A stretch of DNA of 64,000 bases, from the NCBI RefSeq assembly GCF_009834535.1, contig NC_045714.1, positions 14,632,001 through 14,696,000 on the forward strand, read 5' to 3'. The first letter of the stretch is position 1, and each line of letters starts with the position of its first letter. The notes below the pieces were generated by a model that made no database searches, was not told the origin of the DNA, and saw nothing but the letters and a program-made list of their open reading frames with translations. Of this stretch, positions 21,870 through 32,440 are shown piece by piece. The stretch comes from Camelus ferus. Lineage: Eukaryota. The position numbers and the translations under genes are program-made.

Positions 21870-23000
21870 ATTGAGTTTTCTAGCAACTCCGTTTTCACCT
21901 TCACTGTTGGTGTCTCAGACATTCCTCTGGGTTTTACATTTTTGGAGGTTGCTTCTTCACCACCGGCGGGTTTGGCACCCACCCCCCAAGTGCCCACGGC
22001 GTCCTTTAAACAGCCACGTTTGAGTCTCATCCCGTGACCACGTACGTTTCCCTCCCTCACCGGACTGCGTGTCATACCTTTTGTCACATCTACAGCTGCT
22101 GTAAACCCCACACTGCATCAGTAACATTTTTGCTCTCAACTGTGAATTATCTTTCAAGAATCAAAACTTATCATAACACTGGTTCACATTATGCGTGTAT
22201 TTTCCACATCTGCTTACTTTCCCCTTGTGCAGACCCAGATGGCACCGCCTTCCTTCTGCCTGAAAAGCCTCAGTGCGTCTTGTGCTGGCCCACGGGGAGG
22301 TCAGTCCCCTGCCTTTGCTTCTGTTGGCTGGTTTAGAGAAACTTCATCTGTGGGGATGTGTTTGCCGGGCGGAGAGGTTTCGCAGGGCAGATCTCCTTTT
22401 TCTGTCGGCACTTAAACACGTCAACTCACAGATATTTTTTAATCTTTTTTTGATATTGTATTTATTCATTTTTTTTAAACTTAAAAAAAGGTTTTAGTTT
22501 GTTTATTTGCTTGGGGGAGGCAATTTGGTTTATTTATTTATCTGTCTTAATGGAACTGCTGGGGACTGAACCCAGCACCTCGTGCCGGCTGAGCACACGC
22601 CCCACCCCTGAGCTGTGCCCGCCTGCCTTGCCAGCTCAGTCTTCCACCTGTGCGGTTTCACAAGAATTCTGCTCTAGTTCACAACTCTGTCCATCTTTAC
22701 GTCATTTGTCTGTTTTCTTCGATGGCTTAAGGTTTTTCCTTATTGTTGGTTTTCAGGTTTTACTAGGCTCGCGGGGGCAGTGGTTGTGTTGTGTCACCTC
22801 CACTTGGGGCTCCTGGAGCTCCTTCAGTCTCTGGATTTTCTACCGATTCAGAAAATCAACCATTGCCTTTTAAGGTCTCTTTTTCTGTCTTCTGCCACGT
22901 GCCACTGACATCCTGGTTTTTTTGTTCAGTTTTTTTTTTCCTGCTGTCTGGGCTTCCTTTTGGATATTTGGATTTCTAGGTCTTTAAATTCCCTTTTTTC
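21870..23000 (-). mobile_element. Old L1M 5'/ORF1-region fragments
   Basis: T-rich antisense L1-like text (TTCCTTCTGCCTGAAAAG..., TTTTCTGTCGGCACTTAAACACGTC..., TTTCTAGGTCTTTAAATT); interrupted by a SINE. Confidence 0.45.
22491..22624 (-). mobile_element. Diverged Vic-1-like camelid SINE
   Basis: TTGGGGGAGGCAATTTGGTTTATTTATTTAT...GGGGACTGAACCCAGCACCTCGTGCCGGCTGAGCACACGCCCCACCCCTGAGCTGTGCCC is homologous to the SINE at 1342-1425 with a longer tail. Confidence 0.7.
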
Positions 23001-24004
23001 CTTTGCAAAGGCTAACGCGCTGTTAATTCTGCCCACCGTGCTCCTGGCTGCGGACGCGGCGTTTTTCTCCCTGGAGCTGACTGCGGGCTGTTGGAGGCGC
23101 ACGCGCCTCCCCGCGTCCGCCCCCCACCCTCCCGCCCCGCACGCTGGGGGGCTGGGTCTGGGTGACAGCGTGTCAGTGCCGCCCCCTCGCATTCTGGGGC
23201 CATTTCTGTCGGTTTGTGTTCCTTCCGGCTTCGGGTTGTACGCTCCCCTCCCCGGGAGCCCTTCCCAACCGCAGCGTCCGGGGACCTGGAGACGCAGTGA
23301 GAGCAGAATGAATTCATCTGTGGCTGGTTCTCCTTCCCGCGCCTCCCACGTTATTGCACAAATGATTTTGTACTTGGTTGAGATTAAATATGAATACATA
23401 GAAAATGAAAAAAGGTGATATTCAGGCCCCTAAACACTTAAACGGCACAATTAAAAGCAAATAAACGGAATCTGTCGGAGCAAGTTTGTTGGCTGGAGTC
23501 TGGGGGTCCGCCGAGGGCTGCTGTCTTGCTGGGACTGGCCTGGTGGGCACTGCGAGCTGCCCGCCCTCTCCACCCACCACCCTCCTTTCCAGCCCCCCTG
23601 CTCCCTGGGGCCGGGGCTGGACAGGCCCTGCTTCTTGGTGCCCCCCCACCCCCCACCCCGGGGCGGGTGGGCTCGCACAGTCACTTCCTGTTCCCAGGGA
23701 GGGACGGTCTCCCCGGCCGACTGCCTTCGTCAGCACGGCTTGGACTTCGCTCTGCTCAGCGTCTGGACTCAGCGCGGTCCCTCTCGCCCCAGCCCAGCTG
23801 GCACTTGGGACTTTTCTGTCCCCTCCCTGGGCCCATCCCAGCGGAAGGGACGCCGTCAGCCCGAACTCGGCTTAGTCAGGAGCGGAGGGGCAGCAGGGAG
23901 GGAGCGAGGGCTGCGCGCCGGGGCGGCGGGAGCCTGCCAGCGCCCGGCGGCAGCAGAGCGCCCGCTGTCCCGGGTGCCGCCCCGCCGCAGACGCGCGGGA
24001 TGCC

Positions 24005-24078
24005 GCCGGGCCCCGCCCCCACCGCCGGGCCCGCCCCACCGCCGGGCCCCGCCCCCACCGCCGGGCCCCGCCCCCACC
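24005..24078 (+). repeat. GC-box minisatellite, 4 copies of GCCGGGCCCCGCCCCCACC (19/17/19/19 bp)
   Basis: Units at 24005, 24024 (17-bp variant), 24041 and 24060. Confidence 0.92.
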
Positions 24079-24119
24079 GGCGTCTGCCTCAGCGGCCCCA
24101 GAGGCCAGATCCGCTCACG

Positions 24120-24133
24120 GCGCCACCTGGTGG
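24120..24133 (-). promoter_or_regulatory. CTCF core motif (perfect)
   Basis: Reverse complement CCACCAGGTGGCGC. Confidence 0.55.
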
Positions 24134-24664
24134 GGATGGAAGACAGTTACAGCCGACCTGCCTCCAAGTTTTGGTATCAGGCAAACGTGAGCGACTTTTC
24201 AACACCGGACGGGAGCTCAGAATTATTCCACATTTTCTGGATAAGGTGAGCCTCTAGAATGATGTGAAAATTAGAGTGTGCAGCATAAAGACGTTAATTA
24301 GCAAAAAAAAATACTGCCACACGCACGCACACAGCATCTCCCGACGAGATAGAAATGGCTTTGGGTCTGTCCGAGGTGGGGTGGGGACCCCCGGGGATCA
24401 CGCCCCTGGGACTGGCGCTGTGGCTCTGGAGTCCCCAGGCTGCTGGAATGCTGGCCAGCGCCAGCCACGGTGTCGTCCTGGCGTCACTGGCGGCAGGGCC
24501 CCTGCCCCGTGGGAAGAAAACCCCCGCTGGGGGGCACAGTTCGGCTCATAACCGGGAGGCCTGCACCACAGTGGGGTGCGCACCCCTCCCCTTAACAGGG
24601 GTGGCTGGTGTGGCTGCACAGAGACAGACTGAGTTAATTCGATGTCATTGGATCAGGCATACGG

Positions 24665-24678
24665 TTAGCAGAGGGCGC
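24665..24678 (+). promoter_or_regulatory. CTCF-like motif
   Basis: TTAGCAGAGGGCGC(TG); two 5' mismatches, otherwise consensus. Confidence 0.3.
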
Positions 24679-27556
24679 TGGTGGCGGGGGGTGGGGGGGC
24701 AGGTGAGCCAGTGCCCCGAGGCTGGCGCGCACACCCACTCTCTGGGGCTCCGCTGGAGTCCCGTTTTCCTGTGTCCTCCTCTCCCAGCACCGTGTCCTCT
24801 GATGAGGAGGGAGTCAGGCACCTCCCCTCCTCTCTCCCTCCTGACACTCCGGAAAGTGCTGTGAGGCACAGCCACCATCCTTTCCCTGGACCAGGGTGTG
24901 GGGTGTTGGCATGGAGGTGTCAACGTGCAGCTTGTGACCCCCTGCCTCCCGCAGCCCCACCCCCAGGACCTCTGCTCTGGCCACCCCCCTCTCCCAAGGG
25001 CCTCTGATGCCCACCGGGTGCAGGAATCGGGGCAGCAGCTCGCCTAGTCTGGCGCCGGAGACGCAGGGCCGGCAGGCTGGCCAGGTGGAGCTGGCTCCAT
25101 GGAGCCTCGCCCTGGGGTGTGGGGTGTGGGGTGCGGCCCCCTGTGGCTGGGCCCTGCCCTAAGGGATCTGGCCCTGCCGCTGAGCTTCCTGAAAACGGGC
25201 CTAGCTCCCCTGCCTGCTCTGCGGGCTGCTCCGGGGTGGGGGTGGGGAGAGCTGGGATGCCCTCCTTTCAAAAATGACTTCTGCGTTTTTAAGAAGCTTG
25301 ACTCTCAGAATAAACGGGGGGAACCGGATCCCACAGAAGCAGCCGCCCTAGTCTGAGCATCTGAGCGGGAGGCGTGGGGGCTGCTTCTCTGTCCGTGATG
25401 GTTTCCATCCTCTCTGGTGAAGGTTCTGGACGCTTCCCACTCTCCGAGCCTTTCGCATTTTTTCTGCGGTTCAAGCTCACAGACCTGCCCGCACAGGTCA
25501 CCTCCCCATCCTGGCTGGATGGCAGGGCCGCTGGGCACATTTAGATTCCGCCCCCGCGCACCCCGCTGGACGTGGCGCCCGAGAGGCAGCGTCCAAGAGC
25601 TCGCTGTGCATGGGGCCGCCCCAGGCCGGGGACGCGGGCGGCCGGTGGGGCCTGTCCCTCTGCCAAGCTCCCCCTGGCCCAGGTTCCCCTGCAGCCACCG
25701 GCCGCATCGTCTGTGCACCCTGGTTGAGATACTGCCGATTTTCTCTGGTCCAGCAGGGAGCCAGTCAGAGGCTGTTTGAGCACAGAGGCAATGAGGGAAA
25801 TAAATATTTCATGGTCTGGACCAGTCAGTGCGGGAGGAGGTAAACAGCGGCATCGTGATTAAGTGCAGGCTTTCCCGCCATGGGGCCCCGTCCGCTTTCT
25901 GCTTCCTTGTTTTCCTCATCCTTTTAGGGCAAGATTGCAAACTGCCAAGCTGCAGCTGGGGGCAGAGTCGGTGAGCTTGCGAGGGCCTCTGGGGGGGGGG
26001 GGGGGCTGGGGGCTGTCCGTGGCGGGGGAGGGAGCTGGACCCGAGGCAAGGCCTGGGCTGGGTCGAGGCTGCAGCCTGGGACCCGGAGACCCTGCAGGGC
26101 CAACGCTTGGTCCTCTGCTTGGGGGCCGGCCCACAGGCCACGCCCTGAGCAGGTAAGCGGGCTCCCCGGCCTGGCCCAGCCTCCAGCCCCTTGCCGACTG
26201 CTCTGAGCGGAAGAACCTTCTAGGAGGTTCAGTCAGGACCACTGCTCCCTGGTAAGTTCTAAGGCCATGTACTGTCTGGCCAAGTCACTGGCATCTGCCC
26301 TGTCCCCCTTCTCCAGGGTCACAGCCCCAATGACCAGCAGGAATCCTATAGCCAGCAGCACCTTCCACTGTGACCAGTGCTGGGAAGACGCCGGAGGTGG
26401 GTGGGTGGAGCCTGAGCAGCTGGGGAGGCCGGGGGCTCCCACAGGAGGCACCGCTTAAACTGGACGTGAGAGGTCAGGAGGGCTGACGGGCTTTGGGAGC
26501 CAAGCTGAGCCTGGGCCCCTCCAGCTCCGTCCATGCTCACCTGGGCAGGTGATGCCTTGCTGAGCCTGGGCCACCCCAAGGGGTGGATCTGCAGAATGAA
26601 CCCCTGTACATGGGGGCTCGTGGTGGGCGCCCAGTGTGTGTGTGAGGTCTGTGCAGCATCACCGAGACTCCAGGACCAGGGACAGTAGTCAGATGTGAGG
26701 CCACCTGGCTCCCCTCTCAGTAAACTGCACGTGGAGCTCCCCACACAGGCTGCTCAGAGGTGCTGGGGGCCTCGGAGCCTGGACGGCCCAGGCAGTGGAG
26801 GGCAAGGGCTGTCGAGGGGCCTGGGTTTGCTTCTGGGCAGCTGGTTTGTGTGGAGCAGCATGGGGCGCCCTGAGCCACCCTCATGGAGTCCATCCCAGCC
26901 TTTGTGGGGGGGTCCTCTGCCCCTCTCAGGGAAGAGGTGGACCGGCTCTCTCCTGGAGAAGAGGGGAGGATGTGGCAGCCCCTCCTGGCCCCCCAGGTGG
27001 CTCTGAGGCTGTCCTTAAGGTGCAGGCGGGACACATGGTGTGGTCGGGTGGGGCTCCCCACGCCCAAGCCTGGGGCACTTTCCTCGTCCGTGGAGAGGGC
27101 CGGGAGCACTGAGCATCCGGCGCTGTGGGGAGGAGAGAGAAATCCCCGTTTCCACCGATGCTGCAGGTAGTGTGTCTCTGTGGGGGTCAGGCCTCCACAG
27201 CGCCCGGTCTCCCCTGCAGCCTCTCCTTCCACCCGCCACAGACAAGGGGTATACAATCAGGAAGCAATGCGGGGAGGGGCCTCAGCAGACCTGGCAGGAG
27301 TTTGGGGGAGCAGGGACCCCGGTCCCTTCCTGGGGACACGAGTTTATAAGATGATGTAGGTGAGGGGAGGCTAACCAGCAAAAAGGAAATGTTGATGGTG
27401 AGAAGATGCTGTGTGTGCATGCGTGTGTGTCACGTGGCTTCTCACCCCCAGGGGCTGCCTCTTCCTGCATTGCCGGCATCCTGGTCCTGACTCCCCTCCA
27501 GGGTGTGGGTGCCCTTCCCCAGGGTGGGGGGGTCACATCCGTCTTCGTGGGGGCTA

Positions 27557-27666
27557 AGGCCAGCCTCACGGGCTGTGACCTGGGCAGCGAGAGGCCCTGG
27601 TTCAACACTCTGCTGGAATCTTGAAATTCTTAGTAATTTTGTCTTTGAACTTGTGCTTCGTAAGTG
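27557..27666 (+). mobile_element. MER45-like hAT DNA transposon fragment
   Basis: GGCCAGCCTCACGGGCTGTGACCTGGGCAG...CTCTGCTGGAATCTTGAAATTCTTAGTAATTTTGTCTTTGAACTTGTGCTTCGTAAGTGA resembles the MER45 5' region. Confidence 0.6.
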
Positions 27667-30665
27667 ACGTCAGCCATCTGCGCTGCCCACAGTCTCAGAC
27701 TGCAGAGAACAGCTACTTAATCAGACGTCCAATCGGAAGGTGCCACGTGATTATTCATGACGTGTTTAATAATCCAGCACAGCCATTGCAGGCAGTGGCG
27801 TGGAAAGCGCGGACATGGTGTTTAGACTGAACGTTTGCATCTGGTCATTGGCAGGAAAAAAGCAAAAACAAATACGCCCCCCAACCTCTGTCTCTCGATG
27901 GGCAGGGAGCCGGCGGCAGTGGGGAGGCTGCGCCGGCGGTGCCTTGCAGCTGGGCCCGCCACTCACCCGGAGCCCAGGCGCCGAGCATCCTGCAGCTGGA
28001 GCCAGATGCGGCCTGTCTGGTCTTCACCGTCTTTGCTGCAAACCCCGCAGAGGGCTTGAAATTAGACGATGGATGTTCCTTCAGACCCAGAAAGCAGTGC
28101 GCAGTCGGGACCAAGGGCATTTCTGTGTGCAGATTCTGAAAACTCAAGGAGGCATAAACAAACTCAGAAATGCAATCCTCAGACAAGGACTGTGCAGCGT
28201 GGCTGGGGCAAAGCCCCAAATTTTATGCAAACATCTTTAACCACAGGCCAGCCCAGACGTGCCCTTTGCCAGGAGCCTGCTTGGCCGCGAGGTCGCTGGT
28301 GGGGGTGTGTGCTCATCAGGGGAGCCAGTGTCCTGGGCCCCCAGCCCTCAGGGCGGCGATGGCTCCTGTGGCCGCCCCCACCCCACAGCACCCTGTCCCC
28401 TGCCTGGCGCCCAGCTCTCCCAGCTCCTCTGAAGCTGGGGCCCGAGTTACACATCCAGGGAGATGCTGCCCTCTTCACTGGAGCCCGATTGACCCAGGCG
28501 CCTCCACTCACTGCAGCCCCAACCCTCACCTGCCCCTGACACCCTCAAGCGGCATTTGAGGGCTTCCATTGGGGATGGATTAAGCGACGGCCCATCTTTA
28601 CCATCTGAGCATTCCTGGGGAGGGTCTCCTCTGGCCTCCTGGGCTTTCCTCAGCCCCCTCCCCTTCTTCTTTTTGGAGAAAAGCTCACGAACGGGGACTT
28701 GCTGCCGGGAGACAGGAGGGCCAGCAGAGACTCGGCCACGAAGGGAAAGAGAGTGAGAGTAAGGTGGGGGTGCTGCCCCCCCACCGTCGTAGCCCTGGGA
28801 GGGCCGTCGGCCAGCGCCCCGTGTTCCTGGTCGTGGCCCCCCCGCCGTGGCTCCCCCAGGACGACCCTGACGAGGGGAAGGATGCGCAGTGCATCTGCCC
28901 CGTGGGAGGAGAGCGTCTCTTTCGTGAGCCAGCATCCGGAGCGGCCGCACAGGGGTTCCCAGCCCGGGCGTCATTCGGCCTTGGTCTGGGCCACTTTCCC
29001 CTTGCACTACCCATGTCCTCGTGGCATCTGTAGGTGGCGGGGAGTGGGGCACATCCTCACCTGCATTTACTGAATGACTCCCCAACTCCAAAGGCAGCAG
29101 GGTGGGCTGCAGAGCACGGCCAGGGGCTTGGGCAAGCCACAGCCTGCCGAGGCAGGCACCGGGGCTGCCGTGCCTGCTGGGGCAGGACATCGTGGACGTG
29201 GGGGCGCCATCCCCGGAGGTCCGGGTTACAGGTCACTCAGGATGCGTGTGAGAACCCGCGGTTCTCTAGCGTGCTGTCTGTACCGCTGACGGCACCCTGC
29301 GGGGCAGGCTGTAGGTCCTCGCCTCCCCCAGACGTGGGCTGCAAGGATGCACACATGTAACCAAGGAGCCCGTGAAACCTGCAGGTTCTCCCCCAAGCCG
29401 TGGGGGGGGGGGCACGGTCACCGCAGATCAGTGTTCCACATCTTCCCGATGCTGCAGAAGCCAGTGGAGAGTCGAGCCCAGAAGCAGAAGGAAGCAGTGT
29501 CGCACTCAGAGCTGGCACCCGGTCTCAGCAGGGGTTCACCTGGAGAGAAACGAGGCCACACTCCACGAATACTGCTTCCTTGGAAGTTCAGGTCCTAAAA
29601 ACGCCACATTAACCGAGAACCTGAACGCCTCTTCAAACAGCCAGAGCACGCAGCCCTGCTGTCGTTGGGCGCGTTTTCAGGAAGAGGGGGTGGGGGGGCC
29701 TGGGGGGCGGTGAGGCGGCCGCGGGTGTCCCCTGGTCCTGTGCCCAAGCTGCTCTGTAGTTTTGCTGCGCTCGGAACCTCCGTGGGGACAGAGCCCTCGG
29801 TTTGCCGTGGGGACAGCTCTGTAAGTGTGTGTCCATCTTAACAGCAGCAAGCCCACCACTCTCCTGGCAGTGATGCCCCAGAAGGAGCGGGGAGGCCTCG
29901 AAGCACAGCTCACACCAAGCCCTGCTTTTCCTGCCCCAAACACCCAGAGGCTGCTGGGCCTGATCCCTAGACAAGTGCCCTGGATGGTTGATCTGCTGGG
30001 GTGGGCGGAAGTGGGCCCGGCACAGCCCTGGGGCCACCTCCTGGCACCAGATCTTTGGTGCCACAGGCAGCTCTCCGAGGCAGTTTCCACAAAGATGAGG
30101 CCAACTGGGCGTGTCAGAGGGAGAGGGAAGTTCTTTGCCAGTCTATCATTTTACAGCTAATTATTTAATTACCCTAATTTAAAGTTTTACTGAATTTAGG
30201 ATCAAAACAAAAATCTTGATTGCCGAATCAGAAAGTAATAAAATAATTAACTTATGTAGGGATAACATATTAACTTGGTTGATTGCAAAGCATGATCCCA
30301 GAGGGAACCCATGCTTGGAATGTGTGGGCCGGTGACAGGGATCCCGGGGCACCCCACACACCAGGAGCAGGATTTAGGACGGGGCTTCTCCAAACTGAGT
30401 CGCAGCCTCAGGATGCTCACATGTGCGGGTGATACAAATCCTCCCTGACTTCGAAGCCCCCTTCTGTAGACACTGATCGGGGAGCTGCCCCGCGCGTGTT
30501 CCAACCTGCCCACATGGACGGCTCTCTCCTCCCAGCTCTGGGAGGGACACACAGGGGCCATCATCCAGGGCACCCTCAGCTGGCCCTTGCCTGTCCTGCC
30601 CACTCCTCTAGGACCAGAGCATCTTTGAGGCTACTCGCTCCCTGGGTGTGGTGTCACTGCCATCA

Positions 30666-30849
30666 NNNNNNNNNNNNNNNNNNNNNNNNNNNNNNNNNNN
30701 NNNNNNNNNNNNNNNNNNNNNNNNNNNNNNNNNNNNNNNNNNNNNNNNNNNNNNNNNNNNNNNNNNNNNNNNNNNNNNNNNNNNNNNNNNNNNNNNNNNN
30801 NNNNNNNNNNNNNNNNNNNNNNNNNNNNNNNNNNNNNNNNNNNNNNNNN
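30666..30849. other. Sequence gap (184 N)
   Basis: Run of N. Confidence 0.98.
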
Positions 30850-32214
30850 CACACAACACCATACTCTGAGAACTGTCATCTTGCTGCCCCTGTTTTATGT
30901 GGAGGGACCGTCGATGACCGTTTCTCACAACCACCCTGAGGTCCAGGCCTGAGGTCACCAGGCTCCAGCCCAGCCACCGGGCCCCAGAGTCTGTGCTTCT
31001 GACCAGGGCTGCCTCTTGGCAGGAGCGCCTCAGGGAGCGGTGGGGACACAGACGTGGAGGAGTGGGGTGGGAAAGAGGTTGGGAGGTGAGGAGGGGGCAG
31101 CACAGGAATGAGGAAATGCCTGGGGGGCCATGTGTGATGGGCCGGCTGATGGGAGGGTCACGGGGAGAGGGGAAACTTGAAAGAACAGCTGCAGGGCAGC
31201 GTCCTGGCGGGGAGGGCTGTGGACCCACTGTCCGGGTGTCCAGGCTGGAGACGGACACCTCGGTGAAGACACCACAGCTGGGAGGGGTTGCTCAATCCGT
31301 GGATTAGCGCGTGGTGCACACGTGTCTGTGCGCCTGTGAGGGCAGGAAGCCCGAGGTGTTTGGCCCGTGGTGGACTGGTGACCGTGGAGGAGGTGGGCCT
31401 GGGCCCTTCTCTCGTGCCCCCCAACAGGTGGGGCTCCCGGAGGCCGTGCCCCCAGACCTCGTCCGGGCCATGGGTGACGGGCACTGTCCCCTCCGGCAGG
31501 TGCCCTCCCTGCCCGCCTTGCTGAGTTGACGCCGTCTATGGCCTGATTCTGCTGTCAGGGACAGGAGCGCTCCCGTCTTGGACTAGGAGCTGGGACAGGG
31601 GAGGGCACTGGGGTCCTGCACTCAGCAGGGGCTCATGTGTCGTTGTCGGGACACTCGATCCAGCACTTGTCTATCGGGACTCTCACCTGAGCCCCTCCTT
31701 CTGTGGTGCTGACTCAAATGTTGTGAATTGCTTGGAATAACGAGGTCAGCTATAAGAGAAGAAGCAGGAGAGACGGTTTACTGAGAGAGCTGGGACCCAC
31801 ATCAGGGAAGAACATCTTTGGAACGCAGTCACCTGCAGAGAAGCCTGCCCGCTTGTCCCCTATGTCGTGGGCTTAACTGCAGGCTTTGGGAAGGTGGCAC
31901 CAGCCTCTTCCCACCACTGACTCACAGAACCCGGAGCCTCCGCGCTCCAGTCTGGTCCCCTGACCCCCCCCCCCCCCCACAGCCGGCCCTGCCCCTGTCA
32001 CAAGCACCTCCCATCAGAAGCTCTGACACCCTCCCAGATGGTCCCCCATTCCCTTGTCCCCTTGTCCCCTGCTTTGGCCGTCTTCCCCTGGAGATGGACT
32101 TGGGAATTGGGATGGGTCCCTCCCCTGCAGGAGGCCTTCGGTGGGTCCTCGTCTTCCTGAGCCCAGGAGGCCACGTTTTCCCCAGCAGCAACCTTATGCA
32201 TCCCTGCCCTGCGT

Positions 32215-32440
32215 CCCCTGCTCCTGCACCACCTCTACCTGGGTCTCCATGTCCAACAGCCACACACTCGCTCCCTCCAGGCCTCCAAGTGCCACCTTCT
32301 CAGGAGGCTACCCTTGGCCACCCATTTAAAGCTGCAGCCCCGCCCACGTGCTGGCACCCCGGGCGTCAGCAGCATCCTGGCCCTGTCCCACCTTCCCCTC
32401 TGCCGTGTCTCTAGTGTTTAGGGGCTCAGAAAGTGTTTGA
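32215..32440 (+). mobile_element. L2 3' fragment
   Basis: CTCCAAGTGCCACCTTCTCAGGAGGCTACCCTTGGCCACCCATTTAAAGCTGCA resembles the L2 3' UTR. Confidence 0.5.

Larger units (their letters stand above)
23040..24135. promoter_or_regulatory. Orphan CpG-rich region, candidate lncRNA promoter
   Basis: CpG-dense blocks at about 23040-23350 and 23830-24135; NRF1-like GCGCACGCGC at 23097-23106; multiple GC boxes. Confidence 0.55.

Noticed and set aside
23526-24257. 243-aa ORF with PGPAP repeats
   Set aside because: Translation of the GC-box minisatellite and CpG island; no domain, non-ATG start.
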